44,457 nt of DNA from a virus. Shown here piece by piece: positions 9,086-16,822 of this stretch; position 1 is the stretch's first letter; each line of letters opens with the position of its first letter. The stretch spans positions 1-44,457 of the IMG/VR virus record IMGVR_UViG_3300017922_000005; one strand, written 5' to 3'. The translations under genes were made by a program, and so were the position numbers. The notes beneath the pieces are model-generated. The model was not told the DNA's origin. It made no database searches and was given only the letters and a program-made list of their open reading frames with translations.

Positions 9086-10135
9086 TCATTCTATCTTTAC
9101 CTTGATATTCTTTTTAATGTTTTCGTCCTCCACTTCGACGAATTTATCTTGCAACTGTTCCTTCTCCTGAATGTCCAGCATATCCGATGCTATGTGTTCC
9201 AGTGTGTCCTTTACTCCATGGCTTGCATCATGAGAGGACACGGAAGTTATGGCGTTTATAATACCCCACAGGTTGTCGGCATGAGCCCCGTGCATCCTGT
9301 CGTTTATGCGCTTCTTGACTTCCGTGGCTATTTTGCCAGACATCTTTTTCTCCAAGACGTAGTGATCTATCAAGTTGTTGGCTTCCTCTTTGGTAACAAG
9401 GATACTCTTTGCCCTGTCAATGCTTTCCAGTACGTTCCAAGCATTGTCTAATATTTCGCCTACCTTGATAGTAAACTCTTCCAAGAGTTCCTCTTTATTA
9501 CCCAGATGAGTCTCTGTGATGGATTCTTCTGTCTTGTAGGATACCATACCATTTTCGCATTCCAGTCTCTCAAAATAAAGGGAAACTGTTATGCTTCGTG
9601 TACCATATTCATTGTTCTTGATCTGCAATCCGGTAGAGATTATATCCCCGACCTCACCATCCGAAACATTGTCTTTGATAACGTATCGGGTAACATCATA
9701 ACCTCTGGGATAGGTTGTCTTGTACCTCATGGAATCTACTTGAGTTACACCTTCCTGAATCATTATCTCTTCGGCATAGTGTTCCAGTTCTTCCATGTCG
9801 ATAGGTACATAACTACTACCAACAACAGACATGATATCTCCGGTATCCTTCAATCTCCTGAAGATAAGAGGATTATTGTCCTTCCTCATGTGCAGCATCT
9901 CAAGGAATTTGGCATTAGTATTTGGGCAAGCACCATCCTCTTCCATTTCCTTGTCAAAGATTGACTTATACGCTCCGGTCATTCTAAAAAGTTTGGTCAC
10001 TGCAAATCCTTTGAGTTCAAGTGGTCCGTGTACAGTATCCAAAAGCATGTGGTTGTCTCCCACATACTTGGCATCTTCAATCTCGCTTCCCTTAATTTCT
10101 ATATTTTCCCATTTAGTCTCCGGTGGATAATCCAT
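9086..10135 (-). CDS. DUF932-like protein
   Basis: SVVGSSYVPID and FERLECENGMV (R.xC.NG) motifs typical of phage DUF932/LGT-TIGR03299 proteins. Confidence 0.7.
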   Translation of the reverse strand: MDYPPETKWENIEIKGSEIEDAKYVGDNHMLLDTVHGPLELKGFAVTKLFRMTGAYKSIFDKEMEEDGACPNTNAKFLEMLHMRKDNNPLIFRRLKDTGDIMSVVGSSYVPIDMEELEHYAEEIMIQEGVTQVDSMRYKTTYPRGYDVTRYVIKDNVSDGEVGDIISTGLQIKNNEYGTRSITVSLYFERLECENGMVSYKTEESITETHLGNKEELLEEFTIKVGEILDNAWNVLESIDRAKSILVTKEEANNLIDHYVLEKKMSGKIATEVKKRINDRMHGAHADNLWGIINAITSVSSHDASHGVKDTLEHIASDMLDIQEKEQLQDKFVEVEDENIKKNIKVKIE

Positions 10136-10140
10136 TGCTC

Positions 10141-10365
10141 TTACTCCTGTGGTTCTTCTTCGTAGCCTATTCCTAAGAAATACTTCATCATTGCTATAGC
10201 CAAGCCCAGAAAGCTAAATAATATAACAATGAGTCCAATCACAAAGATCGGTGTAACTCCAATCCCTGCACCTATTATGCAAAGCACGACACCAAGCAAA
10301 AACATTGCCCAGCCCTGTACCCACATTATTCTGGGGTCTGTTGACCTAAAGTTCGTGTAATCCAT
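10141..10365 (-). CDS. Small two-helix membrane protein
   Basis: Two hydrophobic segments, acidic C-tail. Confidence 0.75.
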   Translation of the reverse strand: MDYTNFRSTDPRIMWVQGWAMFLLGVVLCIIGAGIGVTPIFVIGLIVILFSFLGLAIAMMKYFLGIGYEEEPQE

Positions 10366-10366
10366 T

Positions 10367-10870
10367 TCATACCTCCGTTATTACTCTGTTACAGGCAGGA
10401 CAAAGCACCACCGATGTTTCACCTTGTAGGGTAAACACCACGCACCTTACTTGAAGGAACTTTGGTATATTACCACAAAAGTGACATCTGTGGAAATCCT
10501 GTCTGAGCGGTTCTCGGAATCTAAGGACACTAAGGGAATTGAAAGGTATCCCTACGGTTCCCTTATCATTCCTCACCACGGCAGGTATGGGTTTACTGGC
10601 TTCCCTGAAACGGTATACCCCACGTTTGGAATCTGCATACTCGATCAGGTGGGCTTCCAAGGATTGCTTAATTAAAGCTTTACATCTTCTTCTAGTCTTA
10701 TGATAATCCTCACCAGATTGCCTGCTGAAGAAGGTTGCCATCCTTGTTAAATTCCATCTGCGTGTTCCCATAACCAGCTTGAAATGCTTCAACATTTCGC
10801 TGCTGGTTAACGAAGATGAGGAGTAGTCCTCATCCACGTTTTTGTCCTCTCCATCACACATCAACATCAC
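10367..10870 (-). CDS. Putative DNA-binding protein (wHTH-like plus C-terminal CxxC...CxxC)
   Basis: CHFC and CPAC pairs; ATGA overlap. Confidence 0.7.
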   Translation of the reverse strand: MMLMCDGEDKNVDEDYSSSSLTSSEMLKHFKLVMGTRRWNLTRMATFFSRQSGEDYHKTRRRCKALIKQSLEAHLIEYADSKRGVYRFREASKPIPAVVRNDKGTVGIPFNSLSVLRFREPLRQDFHRCHFCGNIPKFLQVRCVVFTLQGETSVVLCPACNRVITEV

Positions 10871-11436
10871 TTATCGTCGCTACCCCTATACTTTAACTCT
10901 GCACCAAGTTCCCATAATTCCTTGATGAGGGGGTGAGCATTGGTGCGTGTGCCAGTGTACCAGAGTTGATCTCCCTGATACTCCGGTTCCTTGCCCAATG
11001 CAAGTACAGATTTCAGGAAGACAGCTTCAATACGTACCTTGTCTCCGGATTCATCAACACCTTCCCATCCAGCACCGTTCCATGCTGTGGCTCCTGTTTT
11101 CTTGATGATTCTCTTTATCTTGTTCTTGCTGTCGTGGTAGGTTCCTTCAGGGAGGAGGAAACCAATGGTAACCTCTTCCTCCCCTTCCTCCATAAGCGAT
11201 TCATACAACTGCTTTTCTTCTGCTGTCCTTTCAAACATATTCTCTTCCTCTTCTAGATTTTCCCATCTTATAGGAGCAGACAACCTGCCCCTTGCATGCC
11301 AATAATCATACTCTTCCTTTTCAAATGTCCGGTGACTCCCGCATTTCGGGCAGTGGTACTGAAGGCGTTTAACCTCAATATATATGCCTTCCCAGCCACA
11401 GCCCACACAAATCACTGGTGTCTTACTGTTCGCCAT
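10867..11436 (-). CDS. Hypothetical protein with N-terminal Zn ribbon
   Basis: CVGC...CPKCG. Confidence 0.7.
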   Translation of the reverse strand: MANSKTPVICVGCGWEGIYIEVKRLQYHCPKCGSHRTFEKEEYDYWHARGRLSAPIRWENLEEEENMFERTAEEKQLYESLMEEGEEEVTIGFLLPEGTYHDSKNKIKRIIKKTGATAWNGAGWEGVDESGDKVRIEAVFLKSVLALGKEPEYQGDQLWYTGTRTNAHPLIKELWELGAELKYRGSDDK

Positions 11437-11659
11437 CCATGTCTAGCCTCCTATTTTTATATGCTAGGACTGCCTGTTGAAGCACTTTGGAACTTTGAAC
11501 GCATACTTCTGCACCAGCAGTCATAGCATCTATGTCTTCATTCTCCAGTTCCCGTTCAATGATATTGCAAAGTTGCCTAACTCTGGTAAGGTCTGCAATA
11601 ACATTGCTTCTGCTTGCCGATACTGCCAATTCTCTCATTATCTTTTTTTGTTTGCTCAT
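11423..11659 (-). CDS. Hypothetical helical protein, 78 aa
   Basis: GGGAGA RBS with ATGA overlap gives start MSKQKK at 11659; the track start at 11812 overlaps the upstream gene. Confidence 0.65.
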   Translation of the reverse strand: MSKQKKIMRELAVSASRSNVIADLTRVRQLCNIIERELENEDIDAMTAGAEVCVQSSKVLQQAVLAYKNRRLDMDGEQ

Positions 11660-11877
11660 ACAAATTCTCCCTGTTCCATCATTATTGTTTCCAGTAGTCC
11701 TTCTGAATCTATCGTAAATTCCAGTCCACAGTCCGGACAGCAGAGCACGGATTCCATGCCCTCGTAAATCTCTGCCGGATCGTGGTTGAAGTATTGAACC
11801 TCTGCCATGCATTTTGGACAGTACACCGGATATTCAATGTTTATTCTCTTACCGATTATTGCGTAGTCTGTTCCCAT
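11656..11877 (-). CDS. Zn-ribbon protein
   Basis: CPKC...CPDCG; GGAGGA RBS. Confidence 0.75.
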   Translation of the reverse strand: MGTDYAIIGKRINIEYPVYCPKCMAEVQYFNHDPAEIYEGMESVLCCPDCGLEFTIDSEGLLETIMMEQGEFV

Positions 11878-11878
11878 C

Positions 11879-12184
11879 TTATTCCTCCTTGAGGTAGTAT
11901 CCTCTCTTGTTTATTTCATCTTCCAGTTCGGAGATGTCTGCATCATCAAGGGCTTCTTGCAGGTCTTCGTAGCAGTTTATACTATCTCTCTGCACTACCT
12001 CATGCAGGATTTCGTCATCATCTGCATCCAGTAAGGCATCCACACGGGCATAATAAACCTCGTCCTCGGTCATCTCTATTACTTCCCGTGCCTCTTCTCC
12101 ATCAAGAGTGTCCTTAATTATCTCAAGTCCGTATTCGTCAATTGCCATTCTGATTACTTGCTTTGCAAAATCCTTTCCATACAT
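11879..12184 (-). CDS. Acidic hypothetical protein
   Basis: 101 aa, GAGGT RBS. Confidence 0.75.
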   Translation of the reverse strand: MYGKDFAKQVIRMAIDEYGLEIIKDTLDGEEAREVIEMTEDEVYYARVDALLDADDDEILHEVVQRDSINCYEDLQEALDDADISELEDEINKRGYYLKEE

Positions 12185-12232
12185 TATTCATACCTCGTGT
12201 CTTTGGTCTGCCTGTCCCAATGATCCTTGTCC

Positions 12233-12535
12233 TTATAAATCATTGCGCTTTGCCACTAGTTTATAATAACTGTTGTTCCTATCAATGTATTCCTTATTAA
12301 ATGAAATACACCAACCCCTTTCTAAAAAAAGAAAGAAAAAATAAATTAGCATCTTTTTTATATTTTTTCTTTTCTTTTTTGTATTTGGTACTATTGCTAT
12401 TATCTCATTATCTCCTGTTTCTACAATACTGAAACCTTTCTTTTGTAGTTTATCTTTCAAGTCCTCTGTAGTTCTGGTTCCCAAGGACAAGGGTTTCTGG
12501 CACCCTCGTCGTTCGGGCTGAAGGTTTGGGATCAA
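12233..12535 (-). CDS. Hypothetical protein with AT-rich core
   Basis: GGAGG + 7 nt + TTG; the TTG overlaps (TTGA) the stop of the read-through upstream gene. Confidence 0.5.
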   Translation of the reverse strand: MIPNLQPERRGCQKPLSLGTRTTEDLKDKLQKKGFSIVETGDNEIIAIVPNTKKKRKNIKKMLIYFFFLFLERGWCISFNKEYIDRNNSYYKLVAKRNDL

Positions 12536-12780
12536 TCATCTGCCTCCACGATGTCCACCATAAACATTGTTATTCTACGTGCCTCTTCCAATTTGTCGGT
12601 TTCCCTCTTGAGTTCATTGACCTTCTAACCGATTGCCTTGTCTAGTTCCACGATAAATTCACGGGTGCTGTTTGTCCTCCGTGCTGTCTGTTCAATCAGC
12701 CAAGGCATGTGCTGGGATTGTGCTGTGGCTTCTCCAAGTACGGTATAGACCGATTCAAGATTAATGTTTGCTTTTGCCAT
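12532..12780 (-). CDS. Coiled-coil protein, 82 aa, with in-frame TAG at 12625-12627
   Basis: AGGTGATATC-ATG start; ...ELDKAIG-TAG-KVNELKRETDKLEEARRITMFMVDIVEADD-TGA; the TGA overlaps the next start. Confidence 0.75.
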
Positions 12781-12784
12781 GATA

Positions 12785-14296
12785 TCACCTGTTGTTGAAT
12801 GCTTCAAGTACCTCGTTCTTTGATCTTATAAACAAATTGTTCCAGTCGTTCCATTGTCTCCCCATCAAGCGCAAGACAAGTCCTTCCCTGCTGGCAAAGA
12901 GTTCATTGTGTTCGGAATACCAGCAGTGAGTATATTCATGGGCAGCCAGCATAAAAATTTCGATTCCGGTGGCTATTTTGCCCTTTGTACTCTCCACGGC
13001 ATTTGGATTGATAAGAAAAACTCTCTTGCTATCCTTCCTGAAGACTTTAGCGTTGCATTCTTTGTCAAAAGTAAATCCAACACCGATTTCTACGTTCTGG
13101 TTGAATTCTTCTTCTATCTTGAGGATTATGTTTGTCCAGTAGTGTAGGATGGTTTGAAGCTTCTTGGAATCTATCTTCATCGGATAGTTCTTGGTGTCTT
13201 CCCTTCTTTCCACCATGAACTCGTATCCCATTGGTCCAATTTCATGCTTGCTTCCTTCCAGCATGTCACTAACCAGCTGTCCAAGTTCCGGAAAGGTGTC
13301 GGATACTTGTTCTTCCACGGCTTTATAGTTAGTTATTCCGCTTGTGGTGTTCTGTGCTGTGATAGCTTCAATAAAGTCCTTCTTATGGTCTGTTACCTCC
13401 GGATGATGAAACTCATTCAGTTTGTCCATCACATTCAGTCCAGCAAAGGTGTCAATTACCATCTGCGGTTTCTTCTCCGTGGCTGATCTGGGATCAACGA
13501 TCATCTCGTTTATCTTTTCATCCAGTTTAGACCTGAATGGATAGACAAGATTATCCCTGTTGGCAGCAAGGAAATTGACGGACTCGCCCTTGAGTTCCAC
13601 ATAAACCGTGGACTCCAAGTTCGGCATCATTCTCCAAAACATAGGAATGCCACGGAGTCTCACGACCATTTTGCTACTCTCAAAGTCCTTGTCCACTATG
13701 AAATCCGCAAGTTCACTGCTCTTCAGAGTACCTTTGACCTTCTCGCATTTGACCTCTTCTCCATCAAGGCAAATTGTTGCCTCTGTGGAAAGGAAAGATA
13801 AAAAGTGTTCAACTTTGTATTTCCAGAAGCCAGCATCATAAATAGAGCCTTCTTCGTACAAATTGATTGATATCTCGGTGCCAATTTTGCATTCAGTCTC
13901 AATGCACCTAATTGGTTCCTTGCCAATCATTTCGTTGTTTATCTCATACAACGTCGTTCCGTCTTGAGAAGATTTAATCGACCATTGACTCCATGCAAAG
14001 AAAAGGATTTCCTTTGCCTTGCCGAATCCGCCAACGGAACCTTCCTTCTTCTGGGAACCACCAAGCACAAGTAACTTGTCACGAATAATGTTTGCGTTCA
14101 TTCCGCAGCCATCATCCACGACAGTTATCGTGTTGGCTTCCTTATCAATATCAATGCTTACCTAACTGGCTCCAGCATCCAGACTGTTCTGAATCGCTTC
14201 ACGAATCCATACCGTTGGTAGATCGTTTGAATAATCTGCTCTGGCATTTTTGCGGAAATAATCAGCACCTATAACAATATCTGCTACTTCTTCCAT
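12785..14296 (-). CDS. GHKL (HATPase_c) ATPase fused to a C-terminal zincin-like HExxH domain, 503 aa, with in-frame TAG at 14162-14164
   Basis: AGGAGG RBS; REAIQNSLDAGAS-TAG-VSIDI...TVVDDGCGM, GGFGKAK, GTEISI Bergerat motifs; HEYTH...HNELF at C-terminus. Confidence 0.85.
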
Positions 14297-14315
14297 TATA
14301 AACCTCCTTTAAATC

Positions 14316-14338
14316 CCAAAAGAAGACATCTCTTTTGG
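14316..14338. terminator. 8-bp hairpin CCAAAAGA/TCTTTTGG just upstream of the GHKL gene RBS
   Basis: Perfect inverted repeat seen directly; function inferred. Confidence 0.35.
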
Positions 14339-14434
14339 TCTGCTTGTCGCATCCTTATGCTGTGTCCAGTCCATGCTCTCGATGTCAAGGGAGTCGCTCT
14401 CTTTGGCTCCCTTGGCTATCTCCGGCTGGCTGTC

Positions 14435-15112
14435 TTACTCTTCTGGTGGATAGTCGTATTCGAACCTATCCATGGATTCCGCAACTGCTTCGTCAAATTT
14501 ATCGTTGTTGGCATTCTTGCGGAGTTTGGGGAAGGCTACAGTAATTATCGCTGTTTTGACTTTGCCAAAGTCTTCTCCAAATTTGGACTCTCCCATGAAG
14601 ACTGGTGCGATTCCCTTGATAAAGATGTCTTCAAGGTAGTTGGTCACCTGTTCCAGTTTGTCTTCTGGAAATTCTGCTTCCTCAAGGTATTCCCTGACCT
14701 CCGTGTCAAGGTCTGCGAAAGAATCCTTGTCCTCGGATTCTTCCGGTTCTTCTGTCTTGGGTTCCCTTTTCAGTTCTTTGGTTTCCTTCTCTGCCTTAAC
14801 TGCCGTGGTCTGTGTTTCCACCCTTGCCACCGTAGGCTCACTGAAAGGAGTTGGGAACACATCGTGGAGTTTGACTGGCTCTCCATTTTCATCAAGATAA
14901 TGCTTCTCCTCTGATCTGATATGTCTGCGAATGTTCTGTGTGGAGCACCCGAAATGCTTGGCAATGAGTCTGTAACCCCATGCCTTGGGTTCTTCCATCT
15001 TGTTCTCTTTTCTGTCGTAATAGTTGAGTTCATGCCTGCCAACATAAAGGTCAACTACTTCCTTGTGGTTGATACCGATATGTCCAGATTTTGTGGTCTG
15101 CTCGTTTGTCAT
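14435..15112 (-). CDS. HTH-containing protein with acidic linker
   Basis: YRLIAKHFGCSTQNIRRHIR HTH; GGAGG RBS. Confidence 0.75.
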   Translation of the reverse strand: MTNEQTTKSGHIGINHKEVVDLYVGRHELNYYDRKENKMEEPKAWGYRLIAKHFGCSTQNIRRHIRSEEKHYLDENGEPVKLHDVFPTPFSEPTVARVETQTTAVKAEKETKELKREPKTEEPEESEDKDSFADLDTEVREYLEEAEFPEDKLEQVTNYLEDIFIKGIAPVFMGESKFGEDFGKVKTAIITVAFPKLRKNANNDKFDEAVAESMDRFEYDYPPEE

Positions 15113-15142
15113 ACTCGTTCCTCCAATTCACTAAAGAATCAC

Positions 15143-15316
15143 TTAGAAACTCACCTGAATTTCTACTTCATCCGGAACCTTGCCCTCAAAGGCAGTCTTC
15201 CTGATGTAAAGTTGCCCGATGATCTCATCTTCACCCTTCACGGGCACTTCAGAGAATCTCACGGTATTCTTGGTTTCCTTGTTCTGTACGAAAGTCCTTG
15301 TGGTAGTATTTCCCAT
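15143..15316 (-). CDS. Small beta-rich protein, 57 aa; not in ORF track
   Basis: AGGTGAGAGAAA-ATG; MGNTTTRTFVQNKETKNTVRFSEVPVKGEDEIIGQLYIRKTAFEGKVPDEVEIQVSF. Confidence 0.75.
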   Translation of the reverse strand: MGNTTTRTFVQNKETKNTVRFSEVPVKGEDEIIGQLYIRKTAFEGKVPDEVEIQVSF

Positions 15317-15343
15317 TTTCTCTCACCTTTGCGTTTATTCAGA

Positions 15344-15405
15344 CGTTTATCTGTCCTGACTGATACCAGTCAGGATTCCAGTAAACGGAGGGAGGAATCT
15401 CCCTC
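15344..15405. terminator. Pair of intergenic hairpins (9 bp TCCTGACTG/CAGTCAGGA; 7 bp GAGGGAG/CTCCCTC)
   Basis: Perfect stems at 15354-15375 and 15388-15405; outer CGTTTA/TAAACG helix. Confidence 0.5.
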
Positions 15406-15592
15406 ACAAATACGATATCGGAATCGTTGAACCGCATCCATAAACATTCTTACTTGCTAACTAATCCTCCATGCATTCCTTACATGAATCGCAATCAACT
15501 CCGATATGCCCTTCAGGTGCCCCACAATCCTTACAAGCGTAGCACTTCCGCACTGCATAACATTGCAATTTATAAGGGCAAGGTTTATGCAA
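15404..15592 (-). CDS. Cys-rich microprotein (43 aa to TAG at 15461-15463, 62 aa if read through); not in ORF track
   Basis: GGAGTGA + TTG start; MHKPCPYKLQCYAVRKCYACKDCGAPEGHIGVDCDSCKECMED-TAG-LASKNVYGCGSTIPISYL. Confidence 0.55.
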
Positions 15593-15722
15593 CCGAATCA
15601 CTCCTTAACTTTCTTAAGATTGCTGGGAGATCATCCCCATCGGGGAGCTCACGATTGAAGACTTCATCCTCTACGTCATGATCAACTTTCTTGCGCCTGT
15701 GTGGAGACAATCCTTGCCTCAT
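15585..15722 (-). CDS. Small hypothetical protein, 45 aa; not in ORF track
   Basis: ATGA overlap with upstream stop; MRQGLSPHRRKKVDHDVEDEVFNRELPDGDDLPAILRKLRSDSVA. Confidence 0.55.
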   Translation of the reverse strand: MRQGLSPHRRKKVDHDVEDEVFNRELPDGDDLPAILRKLRSDSVA

Positions 15723-16000
15723 TGTTTTCTTCTCCTTGCTGTTAGTGAAATTATCTTGGAATCAAAGACATTATTGGTTGAACATTCGACATGCCAGCCT
15801 TGCTCTCGCATCTTCTTGGCAAGGAAATTCCTGATTCTTTGATTCTTTTTGTGTTCATCGTACTCCTTGGAAACCCATGATCCGATCACGATATCGAATT
15901 CATTCACGACCTCCGATGGATAAAGTCGTCCGGTGGCATTTGCGTTGCCACCTTCCTCCTCAATAACATCCTCCCACCATTCCTTATCCTTGTATTCCAT
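15719..16000 (-). CDS. Hypothetical protein, 93 aa
   Basis: GGAGGAGTGA RBS supports start MEYKDK at 16000 rather than 16072. Confidence 0.7.
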   Translation of the reverse strand: MEYKDKEWWEDVIEEEGGNANATGRLYPSEVVNEFDIVIGSWVSKEYDEHKKNQRIRNFLAKKMREQGWHVECSTNNVFDSKIISLTARRRKQ

Positions 16001-16005
16001 ATGAA

Positions 16006-16449
16006 TCACTCCTCCAGTAATCCGTGATTCCCACGAATTTCGTATGTTGATTTGCCAAATTTGCGTGCCCACTTAAATATCTGGTCTGCGCAATCCGGTT
16101 TATTTATATCGTCCTTTATGCAATGAATGCTGTCAGAATCAAATGGCTCGTCAAAAGGGATGCATGCTGTATCAATTCCGCATTCCTCGACCAAATCGTA
16201 TAAGTCCTCACTGCGCATCTCATCAAGCGTCATTGCCCTGCCTATCAAGTCTGCCCATGCAACTTGGGCAATCTCGTCATACACGGAGTAACCCACGAAT
16301 TGAAACTTGACCTCCGACATTTCAATAAAAGTTGGCTCATGGCAGATGCCCACATCGACATCATCACCATTATGCAAACGGAATCTCAAAATGTGTGTGG
16401 CAACTTCGTCATATCGATAATACCCACGATCCTTGTCCTCATTATTCAT
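16006..16449 (-). CDS. Hypothetical acidic protein
   Basis: 147 aa; GGAGG RBS, TAATG overlap. Confidence 0.75.
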   Translation of the reverse strand: MNNEDKDRGYYRYDEVATHILRFRLHNGDDVDVGICHEPTFIEMSEVKFQFVGYSVYDEIAQVAWADLIGRAMTLDEMRSEDLYDLVEECGIDTACIPFDEPFDSDSIHCIKDDINKPDCADQIFKWARKFGKSTYEIRGNHGLLEE

Positions 16450-16643
16450 TATGCATCCTCCATTATAATCTCGACTACGGTTTCACCAACATCGCCTGCT
16501 GGATCATCCTCATCACGGGTGAACACACGAATTTGTTTCACGCCTGCAAGGGAATCCTTGTTCAGGTTAAATTCATCATGCTTGTCGCTGAAAGTCACGT
16601 GCTTGGTGACTTGCCTAACTGTAAATTGACGTTTCTCTCCGAT
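16449..16643 (-). CDS. Small protein, 64 aa, apparent ATC start; not in ORF track
   Basis: AGGAG-CGTGAAACT-ATC; (I)GEKRQFTVRQVTKHVTFSDKHDEF...VVEIIMEDA-TAA overlapping the next ATG. Confidence 0.55.
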   Translation of the reverse strand: MGEKRQFTVRQVTKHVTFSDKHDEFNLNKDSLAGVKQIRVFTRDEDDPAGDVGETVVEIIMEDA

Positions 16644-16690
16644 AGTTTCACGCTCCTGTTGTTAATTTCACGGTTGCTTCATGCTTCACT

Positions 16691-16822
16691 TCACGCCTGC
16701 GATTTCACGCAATCGTGAAGGACGTCCGAATGCGCAACCACACGCATCCGGATTCCGTCCCATGAATCCTTGTCCTCGTGAATGAATGGGGTCAGATCAA
16801 ACTGCCCCACCATTCGACTCAT
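16691..16822 (-). CDS. Small protein, 43 aa, inside the hairpin array; not in ORF track
   Basis: MSRMVGQFDLTPFIHEDKDSWDGIRMRVVAHSDVLHDCVKSQA; starts 6 nt after the upstream stop; weak RBS. Confidence 0.45.
   Translation of the reverse strand: MSRMVGQFDLTPFIHEDKDSWDGIRMRVVAHSDVLHDCVKSQA

Noticed and set aside
12225-12492. Invertible segment (shufflon-like)
   Set aside because: Inverting it in silico gives an early stop, and no recombinase is present in the window
12450-12539. Frameshift between ATG 12539 and the ORF starting at TTG 12535
   Set aside because: GGAGG spacing (7 nt) and the TTGA overlap fit the TTG start directly; the ATG is only 3 nt from the RBS
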